IMG/VR virus record: IMGVR_UViG_3300021057_000274
Span: 186,001-250,000 of that record
Length of the DNA: 64,000 bases
Direction: 5' to 3' (one strand)
Position 1 is the stretch's first letter. The number at the start of each line of letters is the position of its first letter. The notes under the pieces were generated by a model that made no database searches, was not told where the DNA came from, and saw only the letters and a program-made list of their open reading frames with translations. This document shows positions 46,601 to 55,295 of this stretch, in pieces. The position numbers and the translations under genes were made by a program.

Positions 46601-47213
46601 GAAGCTCAACAGCACCAGCTTCATTCCGCCTCAGTCGATGAAGCGCCACGGGACGATGCTGAGCGGCGCGTCGCCATCATCAGATCACCACGGCGAGTTC
46701 CCGCCTCAAGTAAAGTCAGACGGCGGCGGCGCTCCGCCCGCGCTGAGCGGCCTCAAGCCCCTCATGGGCACGCTCGAGAAGGTCGGCTCGTCGGACGCGT
46801 TCCGCAACATGATGGGTGGCATCGCCGAGAAGTTCATGCCACACCTCCAAGGCGCGGTTCCTGCCGTCGATGAGTTGAAGGCGAGCGCGTCGCACCTCGC
46901 GAAGCGGTTTACCCCGGTCGACGCCGCGAGCGCGTCCTCCTCACCTCCGCCGTCAACCGCCAACATCGAGAAGGCGCTGCGCAACTTGACATCGGGACGT
47001 GACCCGCTGAAGCTGTCGTTGCCTGACGGCTCTCCCGACGCGGCCGCCTCTAGCTCAGACCCTCACCTAGATGCTGAGAAGGCGAGCCTCCAGGAGCTCC
47101 GCCAGCAGACCAAGCTTCTGTCAGGCGTGATCAATGCGCTGAGCAAGAGCGACACGGCGCCCTCAAGTGACCCGTTCAAGCCCTCGACCATAAAGCTCCT
47201 CGGGGTGGAATAA
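43698..47213 (+). CDS. Tape-measure/baseplate hub (gp29-like) protein with M15 (VanY-like) peptidoglycan peptidase domain
   Basis: Long helical N-terminus, hydrophobic segment, Gly/Pro linker, then VTSARRT..Q..LY..AAKPGTSLHERGLALDI..DPVHIQ. Confidence 0.75.
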   Translation: MSRENTAQSILDRNRMLDSAAKEMRHASKMFTKIGEHLSNANLDKLAVNVKEQLKRLDLVDEKMLKEIGNSAKDLAILLDKLEDQASSAAQRQKDIAHEMADLWKKSRQGATWRKDHPLQQSAEIRDEKARYLKLGREAELLKAHKAKMDQLREEVLAGKEFGGVLNTATKGLSDLTKSVKGTIVAFASIHMALNLLKRAATTIYTELTDLSQKGLLGASGTFQKHGFGLSLSAKEQGQIIDQNRNLILMLGGGVNAIDLFLDDIRDSRKELEFLGTASAAATARFSKLTQEFGFERRDDSPQETIERNKKMRKGFMEQYKVFAGAFGDSADQFATMYETLLNEESIRTRLNVLGRREAELYTQELMTRTQNLRMMGLSNQQISEFNKKLSDMFDPKKNTLVERTKAGADMLSVVNIIRPMLEQFGLADLALELEETLPALNEYIRTAMDPGATEEDIQKLEATDRVAYAQAAFQKAVSALQRESSGRARIPIQGITQNGASPLFSHTMERGQVLSTKIATGEYIPEADRARRAAEAKALAEGKKLPGSGTFKLSDFVPPEFKQGLLDAGKSIEAWANTWTKKFGVDLTGSTETVISWFGQLGDSLLETIGVTNDLGKNYGDLSDIVGKVRSILSENWLTLFVGAVVAGTAALGLFAFQVARATAALQNLGGPSLPGGTPSGGTPDKPTGKGSGHRSNRPGGGGPRAPGRVPMPTGAGAASAAGVAARGFLGVATGPVGLALTALSAADVATGGAITGAAATGVTNAMMYGRDREVADMLAGKPGRGAAPQSFQAAPNADVSGLHPSVQSRFRAMADEYYQMTGNQIKVTSARRTTQQQIKLYQDYIDGRSKLPAAKPGTSLHERGLALDIDAKQAQDLHLSGLLQKHGFTWPMPQRDPVHIQTQGAQGMGDPVEQNIVAPDKKVLEELKRQTFIIDRDTYGARAVEELKRISATIVDKSGAQDYFLEKLNSTSFIPPQSMKRHGTMLSGASPSSDHHGEFPPQVKSDGGGAPPALSGLKPLMGTLEKVGSSDAFRNMMGGIAEKFMPHLQGAVPAVDELKASASHLAKRFTPVDAASASSSPPPSTANIEKALRNLTSGRDPLKLSLPDGSPDAAASSSDPHLDAEKASLQELRQQTKLLSGVINALSKSDTAPSSDPFKPSTIKLLGVE

Positions 47214-47238
47214 CCGTCTCGGGGTGGAATAACCGTCT
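47199..47238. repeat. 19-bp tandem direct repeat spanning the stop codon of the tape-measure gene
   Basis: ctcggggtggaataaccgt x2, plus ct. Confidence 0.9.
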
Positions 47239-47248
47239 GGAGAGGTGA

Positions 47249-47254
47249 TAAATA
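47249..47254 (+). promoter_or_regulatory. Late promoter (TAAATA)
   Basis: gATAAATAc upstream of the portal gene, inside a gaggt/acctc inverted repeat. Confidence 0.7.
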
Positions 47255-47277
47255 CCTCCCTAGACCAGAGGACATAG

Positions 47278-48996
47278 ATGCCAGGCATTTTCACGGACTA
47301 CTGGCGGATCGTAAAACCCGCCCCCGCTAAGACCCAGTACACGGCTTCCAGCCCGGAAGTTGCCAAGCTCTACAGCAACTTCTCGTGGTACACGAAGATC
47401 ATGAAGGGGGCGGCGTCCAGGTTCGCCAAGTACGCCCAGTACAAGAACATGGACAACGACGTGTTCGTCTCCCGGGCGCTTGACACGATCGCCGAGGAGA
47501 TGACGCAGCCGAGCGCCAGAACCAAGCTTCCATTCGAGATCGCCTACCAGAACGAGAGCGACGGGGACGTGCCTGACGCGGTCTCGACTACGATTCGCGC
47601 CGCGCTCCGCCACTGGGTCGACGTCCAGGACTTGAACACTCTCCTCTTTGACATCGCCCGCACGGCGATCAAGTACGGTGATTGCTTCTTCCGGAAGGCC
47701 TCTGACCTAAAGAAGTGGCAGTACGTCGATCCGAACGACGTGATCGGCATCTCGGTCGACAAGGACGGCAAGCCGGAGCACTACCACGTTCGTCACCAGG
47801 ACGTCTCTCGCCCGATGGGCGGCACGACGGTCGGTGAGGTCGCGATCATCCCGGCCGCTGGCATCGTCCACTTCACCCGCGCGAGCTCGATGGACGACAA
47901 CGGGCCGTTCGGCGAATCGGTCCTCCAGCCGTGCGTCCGCGCCTTCCGCCACCTCTCGCTCCTCGAGGACTCGGTCATCATCTACCGCATCGTCCGCGCG
48001 CCTGAGCGCCGTGTTTTCTTCCTCGACGTCGGTCACATGCCGCCGCAGCGGGTCAAGGCCTTCCTCGAGGCGGTCAAGACCGAGATGAAGCAGAAACGCA
48101 TCCCGAACGAGACCGGCGGCACGGACAAGATCGACTCGGTGTTCAACCCGATGTCGATGACCGAAGATTACTTCTTTGCTCAGACGGCCGACGGCCGCGG
48201 CTCAAAGGTCGAGACGCTCTCTGGCGGCGAGAACCTAGGCGAGATCGCTGACCTGAACTACTTCCAGAACAAGTTTCTTCAGGGCCTTAGGATCCCGTCA
48301 AGCTACATGAGGGGCGGCAACGACGGCGGGATCGCGATCGCCGACGGCAAGGTCGGCATCGCCTACATCGAGGAGGTTCGCTTCGCCAATTACGTGGGGC
48401 GGTTGCAGTCGAAGATAAACGATACCTTCGACCAACACTTCAAAGCGTACCTCAAGTCAGCTGGCATCAACATTGATCACCACCTGTTCAAGTTGAGACT
48501 CGTCGATCCGCAGAACTTCTTGAACTACCGAGACGCTGAGGTAGCCGACAAGATGATCTCGAACTACAACGCGATCAAGGACATCAAGGTCCTCTCCGAG
48601 CAGTTCAAGCTCGAGCGCTACCTCAGCCTGACTGAGGACGAGATCCAGGAGAACGAGATTCTGCTCAAGAAGGAGCGCTGCATCCCCGAGGAGGGTCTAG
48701 GTCCGCGCCTGACCGCTCACCGCATGATGTATGACCCGCAGTGGCAAGAGAACCTTCCGGACATCAAGGTCCCGGAGAGCTTTGAGGACCACACCAAGAC
48801 CGAGGAGGGTGGGGGTGGGGAGGAGGGCGAGGAGCTCAACACCGACGAGATGAGCGCTCCTGGTGAGGAGGGCGAAGAGGGGAAGGACGCGCCTGAGGGT
48901 GAGGAGGGTGGCGGTGAGGAAGAGACGGGCGGCGACGAGCCGGCCACAGAGACCGAGGAAGACACCGGTGGCGAGGCTCCCCCTAAGGAGAAGTGA
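47278..48996 (+). CDS. gp20: Portal protein
   Basis: LLEDSVIIYRIVRAPERRVFFLDVGHMPP, SMTEDYFF, GRGSKVETLSGGENLGEIADL, LRIPSSY, EEVRFA. Confidence 0.95.
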   Translation: MPGIFTDYWRIVKPAPAKTQYTASSPEVAKLYSNFSWYTKIMKGAASRFAKYAQYKNMDNDVFVSRALDTIAEEMTQPSARTKLPFEIAYQNESDGDVPDAVSTTIRAALRHWVDVQDLNTLLFDIARTAIKYGDCFFRKASDLKKWQYVDPNDVIGISVDKDGKPEHYHVRHQDVSRPMGGTTVGEVAIIPAAGIVHFTRASSMDDNGPFGESVLQPCVRAFRHLSLLEDSVIIYRIVRAPERRVFFLDVGHMPPQRVKAFLEAVKTEMKQKRIPNETGGTDKIDSVFNPMSMTEDYFFAQTADGRGSKVETLSGGENLGEIADLNYFQNKFLQGLRIPSSYMRGGNDGGIAIADGKVGIAYIEEVRFANYVGRLQSKINDTFDQHFKAYLKSAGINIDHHLFKLRLVDPQNFLNYRDAEVADKMISNYNAIKDIKVLSEQFKLERYLSLTEDEIQENEILLKKERCIPEEGLGPRLTAHRMMYDPQWQENLPDIKVPESFEDHTKTEEGGGGEEGEELNTDEMSAPGEEGEEGKDAPEGEEGGGEEETGGDEPATETEEDTGGEAPPKEK

Positions 48997-49008
48997 TCGC
49001 GACTTTTC

Positions 49009-49212
49009 TCACCGTTTCTTTGGAATCATCGCCATCGCGTCCATCTGCGCTAGCCAGGACTTGACCTCAGGATCGTTGATCAGCTGTTCTAGCGCGAAGC
49101 GATCAAAGACGTGACCGTTGCTGGAGATCAGCTCGTCCGCATGGACGAGAACGCTTCCGAGCTTACACAGTAACGCTGGGCTCGGCTTCAAGGGGTTCGC
49201 GCTCGACGTCAT
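49009..49212 (-). CDS. Small hypothetical protein
   Basis: ATGA-coupled start at 49212; LLCKLGSVLVHADE..DPEVKSWL. Confidence 0.65.
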   Translation of the reverse strand: MTSSANPLKPSPALLCKLGSVLVHADELISSNGHVFDRFALEQLINDPEVKSWLAQMDAMAMIPKKR

Positions 49213-49481
49213 GAGATGCGGGTGAACCAGCGGTAGACTTCCTTCCGCTTCCCGCCGTCGTAGGTGAGGGTGACGGGTACACCGCAAGCCCAACCCAGTA
49301 CCAGAAGGATCAGAATGCCCATGAAGAAGGCGAAGATCCAAGCGAAAAACACGACGCCGACGCAGACTGCGGCGATGATCGCTAGTACGAGGAGCGCGTT
49401 GTAGAAGCCATCGGTGAGCCAATTCCAAAGACGTACCGGCCACCAGACACCGATCACGACACGACGTTCGAAGTGGTTCAC
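49209..49481 (-). CDS. Small membrane protein (2 TM)
   Basis: GGAGG SD, GTG start, long hydrophobic stretch. Confidence 0.7.
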   Translation of the reverse strand: MNHFERRVVIGVWWPVRLWNWLTDGFYNALLVLAIIAAVCVGVVFFAWIFAFFMGILILLVLGWACGVPVTLTYDGGKRKEVYRWFTRIS

Positions 49482-49511
49482 AGAGCGCCTCCACTCAGGT
49501 TGGTATGAGAA

Positions 49512-49540
49512 ATTATATCAAAAAGCGCTCAAAAAGTACA
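49512..49540 (-). promoter_or_regulatory. Sigma70-like promoter TGTACT-17-TATAAT (extended -10)
   Basis: Consensus -10 with TGn; spacer counted. Confidence 0.7.
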
Positions 49541-49544
49541 CCTC

Positions 49545-49579
49545 AGATTCCGGCCTCATGAATCATGAGGCCGGAATCT
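49545..49579. terminator. 16-bp perfect hairpin, probable terminator or processing site after the DUF932-like gene
   Basis: agattccggcctcatg-aat-catgaggccggaatct; no clear U-tract. Confidence 0.55.
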
Positions 49580-49583
49580 TCAC

Positions 49584-50531
49584 TTAGAGCCGCGCGGCGC
49601 AGGCCGTGCAGTGGGGAACGTCGGCCGTCCGAACCACCGCGCCGCCGATCGTCTGAAGCCGGCGCCGCGTGTCGTAGCTGGAGAACTGGTTGGCTGCCCG
49701 GGTAAAGGCATTGGTCACGCCCCACATCGTCTCCATCGGCTCGATCGCGTAGGCCGCCATCACCCGATCGATCTCGTCAGGAGTGAGCCGGTTCTCCCGA
49801 GCGATTCGGCGGATCGCTTGCATCGGGTCGAGCTTCATCTCGGCCGCCGCCTTCATCTTCGGCGCCACGACGTTCTCGAAGATCTTGGTCGCTGTCTCGA
49901 CGCCGCGGAGGATGTTGTCCATCATCTCGGTGTAGAGCTTGGCGTTGACCGCGATCTTGAAGAGGAAGTCCGGGTGGATCATCCCGTTGGTGCAAACGAG
50001 GCGGTAGGACGCCGTCTCGACCTCGGGGTTGATGATCCCGTAGTCCGAGAAGCGAAGGCTCACGCCGGCCTTGACGATGTCATCGACCTTCGGCCGCGTT
50101 TCGATCTTGCCGCTGACGAAGGTGACGTTGAGCTGCTCGACCTTCTCGTTCAGGTCGATCTGGTCGAAGTGGTCGAACTTGTCGAGCACCGTGCTGACGA
50201 GCTTCACCGGGTCGGTGTAGGGGAGGCGCTTGGTGAAGGCACGGAGGGCCTTGGCGTCCTCGGTGAGAAGCACGACGTCCTTGACCTTCGGTGCGAGATG
50301 CTTGACGACCTTCTCGGCGAGGTCTGGATCGGTCTTTCGGAGGAAGGTCGACGGCACCTTCATGTGGTGGCAGAGCTGGTTGAAGATCTGCGGGTCAGCG
50401 ATGGAGAACTCGTCGTTTACCACCATCACCCGGTTTTTGTCGTCGAAGGCCGTTCTGACCTTCTTGACCTCGACCTGCTTGATGCGGTTCTGCCGTTCCT
50501 TCAGGATGTCGAGAACCTCGGTTTTATCCAC
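49584..50531 (-). CDS. DUF932/DUF945-family protein
   Basis: FNQLC..KVP..F, GVSLRFSDYG, YRLVCTNGMI, TMWGVTNAFTRAA; start revised to GTG 50531 (GAGG SD, downstream of promoter). Confidence 0.7.
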   Translation of the reverse strand: MDKTEVLDILKERQNRIKQVEVKKVRTAFDDKNRVMVVNDEFSIADPQIFNQLCHHMKVPSTFLRKTDPDLAEKVVKHLAPKVKDVVLLTEDAKALRAFTKRLPYTDPVKLVSTVLDKFDHFDQIDLNEKVEQLNVTFVSGKIETRPKVDDIVKAGVSLRFSDYGIINPEVETASYRLVCTNGMIHPDFLFKIAVNAKLYTEMMDNILRGVETATKIFENVVAPKMKAAAEMKLDPMQAIRRIARENRLTPDEIDRVMAAYAIEPMETMWGVTNAFTRAANQFSSYDTRRRLQTIGGAVVRTADVPHCTACAARL

Positions 50532-50568
50532 GAACGCCTCTCTTTGAGGATGGTAGAAGGGAAAGTCC

Positions 50569-50596
50569 ATTATAACACCGCGTTTCTGAAAGTAAA
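50569..50596 (-). promoter_or_regulatory. Sigma70-like promoter TTTACT-16-TATAAT (extended -10)
   Basis: Consensus -10 with TGn. Confidence 0.7.
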
Positions 50597-50660
50597 CTGA
50601 GATGAGGATGTGATTTTGTGGCACTCTGGCGGGATCGAGCGGTTTCTAAGACGATCTCTT

Positions 50661-50666
50661 TAAATA
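50661..50666 (+). promoter_or_regulatory. Late promoter (TAAATA)
   Basis: Upstream of the prohead protease gene. Confidence 0.7.
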
Positions 50667-50690
50667 GGTGATCAAGCCTTAGGAGCCGCT

Positions 50691-51314
50691 ATGACCAAAC
50701 TCGCAGTCCTGATCGAAAACCTCTCGCCGACCACGGCGAACCTGATCGTTGAGGAACATGGCCCGACGAAGGCTTCTTACCTCAGCGGCATCTTCATGCA
50801 GTCCGAGATCCAAAACGGCAACGGCCGGATCTACCCTCTCGCCGAGATCAAGTCGGCGATCGAGAACGTCAACAAGAAGATCAAGGAAGGTCACACGATC
50901 TACGGTGAGCTCAACCACCCGGACAATCTCCAGATCGACCTGAACAACGTCTCCCACATCATCACGGAGATGAAGCTGGCGGGCAACGACGCGGTCGGCA
51001 AGGCCAAGATCCTCAACACCCCGAAGGGTCAGATCGTCAAGGCGATCATCGAGGGCGGAGGCAAGCTTGGGGTCTCTTCGCGCGGCTCTGGCAACGTCAT
51101 CGAGGGCAAGGTCAACAGCTTCAACCTGGTGACGGTCGACATCGTCGCTCAGCCGTCGGCTCCTGACGCTTATCCGTCGCACGTGATGGAAGCTCTCCAG
51201 GGCGACAAGAAGGTCATGACTCTGGCTGAACAGGTGTGCCACGACAAGGCCGCCCAGAAGCACTTCATCAAGGCGATCAATGAGTTCTTCGAGTCGCTCA
51301 AGGGAAAGAAGTAG
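50691..51314 (+). CDS. gp21: Prohead core protease
   Basis: GIFMQSE..NGNGRIYP, GELNHP, VSHII, GKAKILNTPKG, LGVSSRGSG, DIVAQPSAPDAYP. Confidence 0.95.
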   Translation: MTKLAVLIENLSPTTANLIVEEHGPTKASYLSGIFMQSEIQNGNGRIYPLAEIKSAIENVNKKIKEGHTIYGELNHPDNLQIDLNNVSHIITEMKLAGNDAVGKAKILNTPKGQIVKAIIEGGGKLGVSSRGSGNVIEGKVNSFNLVTVDIVAQPSAPDAYPSHVMEALQGDKKVMTLAEQVCHDKAAQKHFIKAINEFFESLKGKK

Positions 51315-51317
51315 ACC

Positions 51318-51725
51318 GTGACAACTAAGAAAACGCTTCGTGAGCACCTCAACTTCCTCCGTCGGCATGCAGGTCTCCCGCAAGACTACACCCCAGAAGC
51401 CGTCAAGGACGAGCCGAAGGTAGAAGCTAAGCCCCAGGAGGAGGTTCTCCAGGAGGGCGAGAAGGGCTTGGATGTTCTCATTCAAGATTATCTCGACTTC
51501 AAGAAGATTCATCGCTTCGAGGGGCCGAGCGCGATTCGCAACCTCGAGATTCTCTTCAAAGCTCTCGACGAGAACTACCGTGACACCGACGCTTTCTTGT
51601 CTGACAACCCCGGAGCATGCGAAGCGATCATCGAGTGGCTCGGCACCGTACGCAGCAAGGAGTGGAAGGAGCGCCTCAAGGCGCTAACCCCGCCGCAAAA
51701 GGAAGATGACGATGACGGCAACTAA
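51318..51725 (+). CDS. Hypothetical protein, probable prohead core/internal protein
   Basis: In the head operon; LRE/LQE motifs, LRRHAGL. Confidence 0.65.
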   Translation: MTTKKTLREHLNFLRRHAGLPQDYTPEAVKDEPKVEAKPQEEVLQEGEKGLDVLIQDYLDFKKIHRFEGPSAIRNLEILFKALDENYRDTDAFLSDNPGACEAIIEWLGTVRSKEWKERLKALTPPQKEDDDDGN

Positions 51726-52212
51726 GGTGAGCTTCAAGGATCTTCTCGAGGGAGAGGCCGCGGCGCCGGACGCTGAGATGTGTGAGGACTGTGGCAAGCC
51801 TTCCGCTGATTGCGAGTGCGAGGGTAAGGATTGCTCAGAGTGCGGTGCTAAGGATTGCAAGGATCATCCGAAGAAGAACCATAAGATCAAGAAGGAGACT
51901 CGCGAGTATCTCGAGAAGATGCTCGCAGAGGCTGGCTCGTCGTTCTCCAAGGAAGTTGAGCTTCACTACTCTGGAAAAATGGTAGGTCAGCTTGACGACA
52001 TCATCGTTCTGCAAGGAGCTGGAATCGAAAAGATCGCTAAGCTCCTCGGGCTTGACGACGATTGGAAGCTCAAAGAAGGCAAAGTCTACGCGGCATACGA
52101 TGGCATGCGTTTGACCTTTTTCGCCAACAAGGGTGACTTTCAACCTGAAGAGGAAGACGCTGGTACTGATGGACGCAAGCTTCCGATGGCCAGTCCACGA
52201 GGCAAGCGCTGA
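51706..52212 (+). CDS. Hypothetical Cys-rich protein, probable head/internal protein
   Basis: CEDC..CEC..CSEC; LLE/LAE motifs. Confidence 0.65.
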   Translation: MTMTATKVSFKDLLEGEAAAPDAEMCEDCGKPSADCECEGKDCSECGAKDCKDHPKKNHKIKKETREYLEKMLAEAGSSFSKEVELHYSGKMVGQLDDIIVLQGAGIEKIAKLLGLDDDWKLKEGKVYAAYDGMRLTFFANKGDFQPEEEDAGTDGRKLPMASPRGKR

Positions 52213-52215
52213 GCC

Positions 52216-52869
52216 GTGGAGCTTCTCCTAGAGCTCCTGGCTCTTCGAGAAGCTAAGGGCCTCACCCTCAGTACCGATAATCCTGGCGGCAAGTGGCTCG
52301 AGAAAGAGCAAGAGTACTGCCGTAGCCAGGGAATGAGCAAGGAGTTCGGCTCACCTAATCGGTTTGGACCCGTCACCGCCACCTGGTCACGCCAACCGCT
52401 GATTCTCGTCGATGTTGTCGCCAAGATCAAGGGCTTACGCGCCGAACAGCGTTCCGTTCGTGAGCAATCTCTCAGCTTCCTCTTAAAGCACATGGAGGAG
52501 AACGATCGTCTTCCACCTAGTCTCAACGCCACTGACGCGATGTCTGAGCCAAACCAGCTCCAGTCAAAGAACTACAAGCAATACGCGCCATTCATCACGG
52601 TCTGGTACGACGGGACTCCCTGGATCAGCGAGGGGAATCACCGCATCATGGCTGCCAAGAAGCTAGGTTGGAAGTACATTCCGATCGAGCTTCGATATTT
52701 CACCGGAGGCGAAGAAGCTGACGGTCCTCTATCGCCAGCCAAGGTAAAAGCTATGGATTCTGAGGCGATCGCCGCTGGTTTTAAGCCAGAAAATGAGTTT
52801 CGTGCTCATCCAGAAAGAAGGCGGCTTAGCTCTAGAAAGCTAAGAAAAGTAAGCACTAGAAGCACATAG
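52216..52869 (+). CDS. ParB/sulfiredoxin-like domain protein
   Basis: APFITV..ISEGNHRIMAAKKLGWKYIPI. Confidence 0.7.
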   Translation: MELLLELLALREAKGLTLSTDNPGGKWLEKEQEYCRSQGMSKEFGSPNRFGPVTATWSRQPLILVDVVAKIKGLRAEQRSVREQSLSFLLKHMEENDRLPPSLNATDAMSEPNQLQSKNYKQYAPFITVWYDGTPWISEGNHRIMAAKKLGWKYIPIELRYFTGGEEADGPLSPAKVKAMDSEAIAAGFKPENEFRAHPERRRLSSRKLRKVSTRST

Positions 52870-52934
52870 AAATTAGTTTTAGCAGTTTCCTCCCATAAAG
52901 CGTCGAGATCTTAGCGAGAAAAGGTGCTCGATTC

Positions 52935-52940
52935 TAAATA
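52935..52940 (+). promoter_or_regulatory. Late promoter (TAAATA)
   Basis: Upstream of the scaffold and capsid genes. Confidence 0.7.
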
Positions 52941-52999
52941 CTAGTCATTGATTCTGGTGAGTTGTTTTCACCAGCCACATAACACCGGAGAAGCAAGCG

Positions 53000-53917
53000 A
53001 TGGATGAAATCCTGAAGAAACTGCTTGAATCCGATCTCCTTAGTGAAGAAACTAAGGCTGAGATCAAGGGTCAGTGGGAAGCCGCTACCCAGAAGTATCT
53101 CGCCGAAGAACGCGCTAAGATCGAGGTCGAGGTTCGCTCCACCTTGACGGAAGAGTTCGTCAAGGCACGGGAAGAGCTTGCTGCCAAGGTTGACGTCAAG
53201 ATCGAAGAACAGCTCAAGGCTGAATTCGATGAGCTCAAGGCCGACATCGAGAAGTTTCGTGATCTCGAGGTCGAGTACGCCGAGAAGCTGGTTGACGTCA
53301 AGGAAGAGCTGGCGCAGCAACTCGGTGAGCAACTGAACCAACTGGTCGACAAGCTCGACGCCTTCCTCGAGGTTCGCCTCGATGAAGAGATGGGCGAACT
53401 GAAGGGCGACATTGACGAAGTCAAGAAGCTCGAGTTCGGTCGTCGCATCTTCGAAGCTGTTGAATCCGAGTTCAAGAAGTTCCGCGCGGTCGATCTCAAC
53501 GAGGTCGAGCAGAAGCTGGGCGAGACGCAAGACGCTCTGGCCGACGCGCAGAACAAGATCGCTGCGATGGAGAAGGCACGCCTCTCCGAAGCTCGCAACG
53601 CCAAACTCGAAGAACTTCTGTCACCGCTGAGCGGAACCGCTCGCGAGCAGATGAAGATCATTCTCTCCAACGTCGCCACGGAGAAGCTTGACGAGGCCTT
53701 CAAGTCGTACATCGGTAAGGTCCTCAAGGAATCCGTGGTTGAACCGAAGAAGAATGAAACTCAAGCGGCACCTGCCACCGCGCCTCTGAAGGAAGACAAG
53801 CAGCCTACGGGCAAGCTCGTCACCGGAAACGAGAACGCGGAGCCGGCACCGGTTGAAGACAACAAGACGAACGATCAGCTTGCTCGCATTAAGAAGTTGG
53901 CGGGTCTGTCTCGATAA
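53000..53917 (+). CDS. gp22: Prohead scaffolding protein
   Basis: Acidic coiled coil, LLESDLLSEETK, GRRIFEA; immediately upstream of the capsid gene. Confidence 0.85.
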   Translation: MDEILKKLLESDLLSEETKAEIKGQWEAATQKYLAEERAKIEVEVRSTLTEEFVKAREELAAKVDVKIEEQLKAEFDELKADIEKFRDLEVEYAEKLVDVKEELAQQLGEQLNQLVDKLDAFLEVRLDEEMGELKGDIDEVKKLEFGRRIFEAVESEFKKFRAVDLNEVEQKLGETQDALADAQNKIAAMEKARLSEARNAKLEELLSPLSGTAREQMKIILSNVATEKLDEAFKSYIGKVLKESVVEPKKNETQAAPATAPLKEDKQPTGKLVTGNENAEPAPVEDNKTNDQLARIKKLAGLSR

Positions 53918-53942
53918 CGACACCTTTTACAAGGAGCCTCAC

Positions 53943-55295
53943 ATGAAGGAACTGTTCGAAAACTGGGAAGCGACCAAGAAGACTCTGGTCGAGGGCCTGG
54001 ACGCGCGTCGCGCGGCGATCGTTTCCACGGTGCTGGACAACCAACGCCAATACCTGACGGAAACTGCAGCTGCTGATGCCACTAGCGTTGGAAACATCGC
54101 TAGCTTCCAGAAGATCATGCTCCCGATGATCCGCCGTATCATCCCAGGCACCATCGCGACCGAGCTTGTCGGCGTTCAGCCGATGACTGGTCCGGTTGGC
54201 CTGGTCTTCTCGCTGCGCTTCGTCTTCAAGAACACAGCGACCACGTCGGAAACCCCTGGCGGCGACATCGCTGTCAATGACGAAGTCTTCGGTAACACGT
54301 CGGCAACCCCGCCGTACTCGTCGAAGATGCGTCGGTTCTACTCCGGCGGTATCGATCCGGCTGCCTCTGGCGGTCTCTACGATGCCACCTTCGGAGTGAA
54401 CCAGGGCGGTGCATACACTCCTGGCAGCTCGTTCTCGCTGTCTTCGACGCCTCTGAGCGGCGAAGCCGGTGACACGGTTGACATGGAATCGTTCCCTGGC
54501 CGCAACATGGGTCTGCAGGTTGTTCGCCAGCCGGTGAACGCCAAGACCCGCAGGCTGCAGGCCAAGTGGACCATCGAAGCGATGCAGGACCTCTCGGCCA
54601 TGCACGGGCTAGATCTCGAGTCGGAGATCACCCAGGCGCTGTCGGCTGAGATCGTGCACGAGATCGACAATGAGATCGTGACGGACCTGATCCGCCTCGC
54701 TGGCACCACCGAGACCTTCGACATGTCGGGCACCTTCACGGGCGTTCCGCACTACGTCGGTGATCGTCACGCCGTCCTCGGCGTCCTGATCAACAAGGTC
54801 GCGAACGAGATCGCAGCCAAGACGCGTCGCGGCGCTGGCAACTTCATCGTTGTCTCCCCGCAGATCGTCTCGCTCCTCCAGTCGGCGTCCAAGTCGGTGT
54901 TCGCACCGGCCGTTGCCGGATCCTTCTCGGGTCCGAACAACACCCAGCTGGTCGGCACGCTGAACGGCACCATCAAGGTCTACAGCTTCCTGTTCAACGC
55001 GTCGTTCGCGACCGTTGCGACGGCGACCGCTGTGCCGGGTGGAGCTGGCGCGTCCTCGGAAGTCATCCTCGTCGGCTACAAAGGCGGCGGCGGTGAGACC
55101 GACACGGGCTACTTCTACTGCCCATACATCCCGCTCATGACCACGAACACGGTCACTGACCCGGCGACGTACGGCAGCCAGCTGATGGTGATGACCCGGT
55201 ACGGAAAGGTGACGTTCACCAACTCCGCTACCTCGCTCGCCAACAGCGCGGACTACTACGGCAAGATCATCGTCAACAACATCACCTTCCTCTAA
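53943..55295 (+). CDS. gp23: Major capsid protein
   Basis: PMIRR..ELVGVQPMTGPVGLVFSLR, AKTRRLQAKWTIEAMQDL..HGLD.E.E, TRRGAGNF, FYCPYIPL, MTRYG; AAGGAG SD before ATG 53943. Confidence 0.97.
   Translation: MKELFENWEATKKTLVEGLDARRAAIVSTVLDNQRQYLTETAAADATSVGNIASFQKIMLPMIRRIIPGTIATELVGVQPMTGPVGLVFSLRFVFKNTATTSETPGGDIAVNDEVFGNTSATPPYSSKMRRFYSGGIDPAASGGLYDATFGVNQGGAYTPGSSFSLSSTPLSGEAGDTVDMESFPGRNMGLQVVRQPVNAKTRRLQAKWTIEAMQDLSAMHGLDLESEITQALSAEIVHEIDNEIVTDLIRLAGTTETFDMSGTFTGVPHYVGDRHAVLGVLINKVANEIAAKTRRGAGNFIVVSPQIVSLLQSASKSVFAPAVAGSFSGPNNTQLVGTLNGTIKVYSFLFNASFATVATATAVPGGAGASSEVILVGYKGGGGETDTGYFYCPYIPLMTTNTVTDPATYGSQLMVMTRYGKVTFTNSATSLANSADYYGKIIVNNITFL

Noticed and set aside
48780-48996. Glu/Gly low-complexity stretch at the portal C-terminus
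   Set aside because: Acidic disordered tails are common in T4-like portals; not a separate element.
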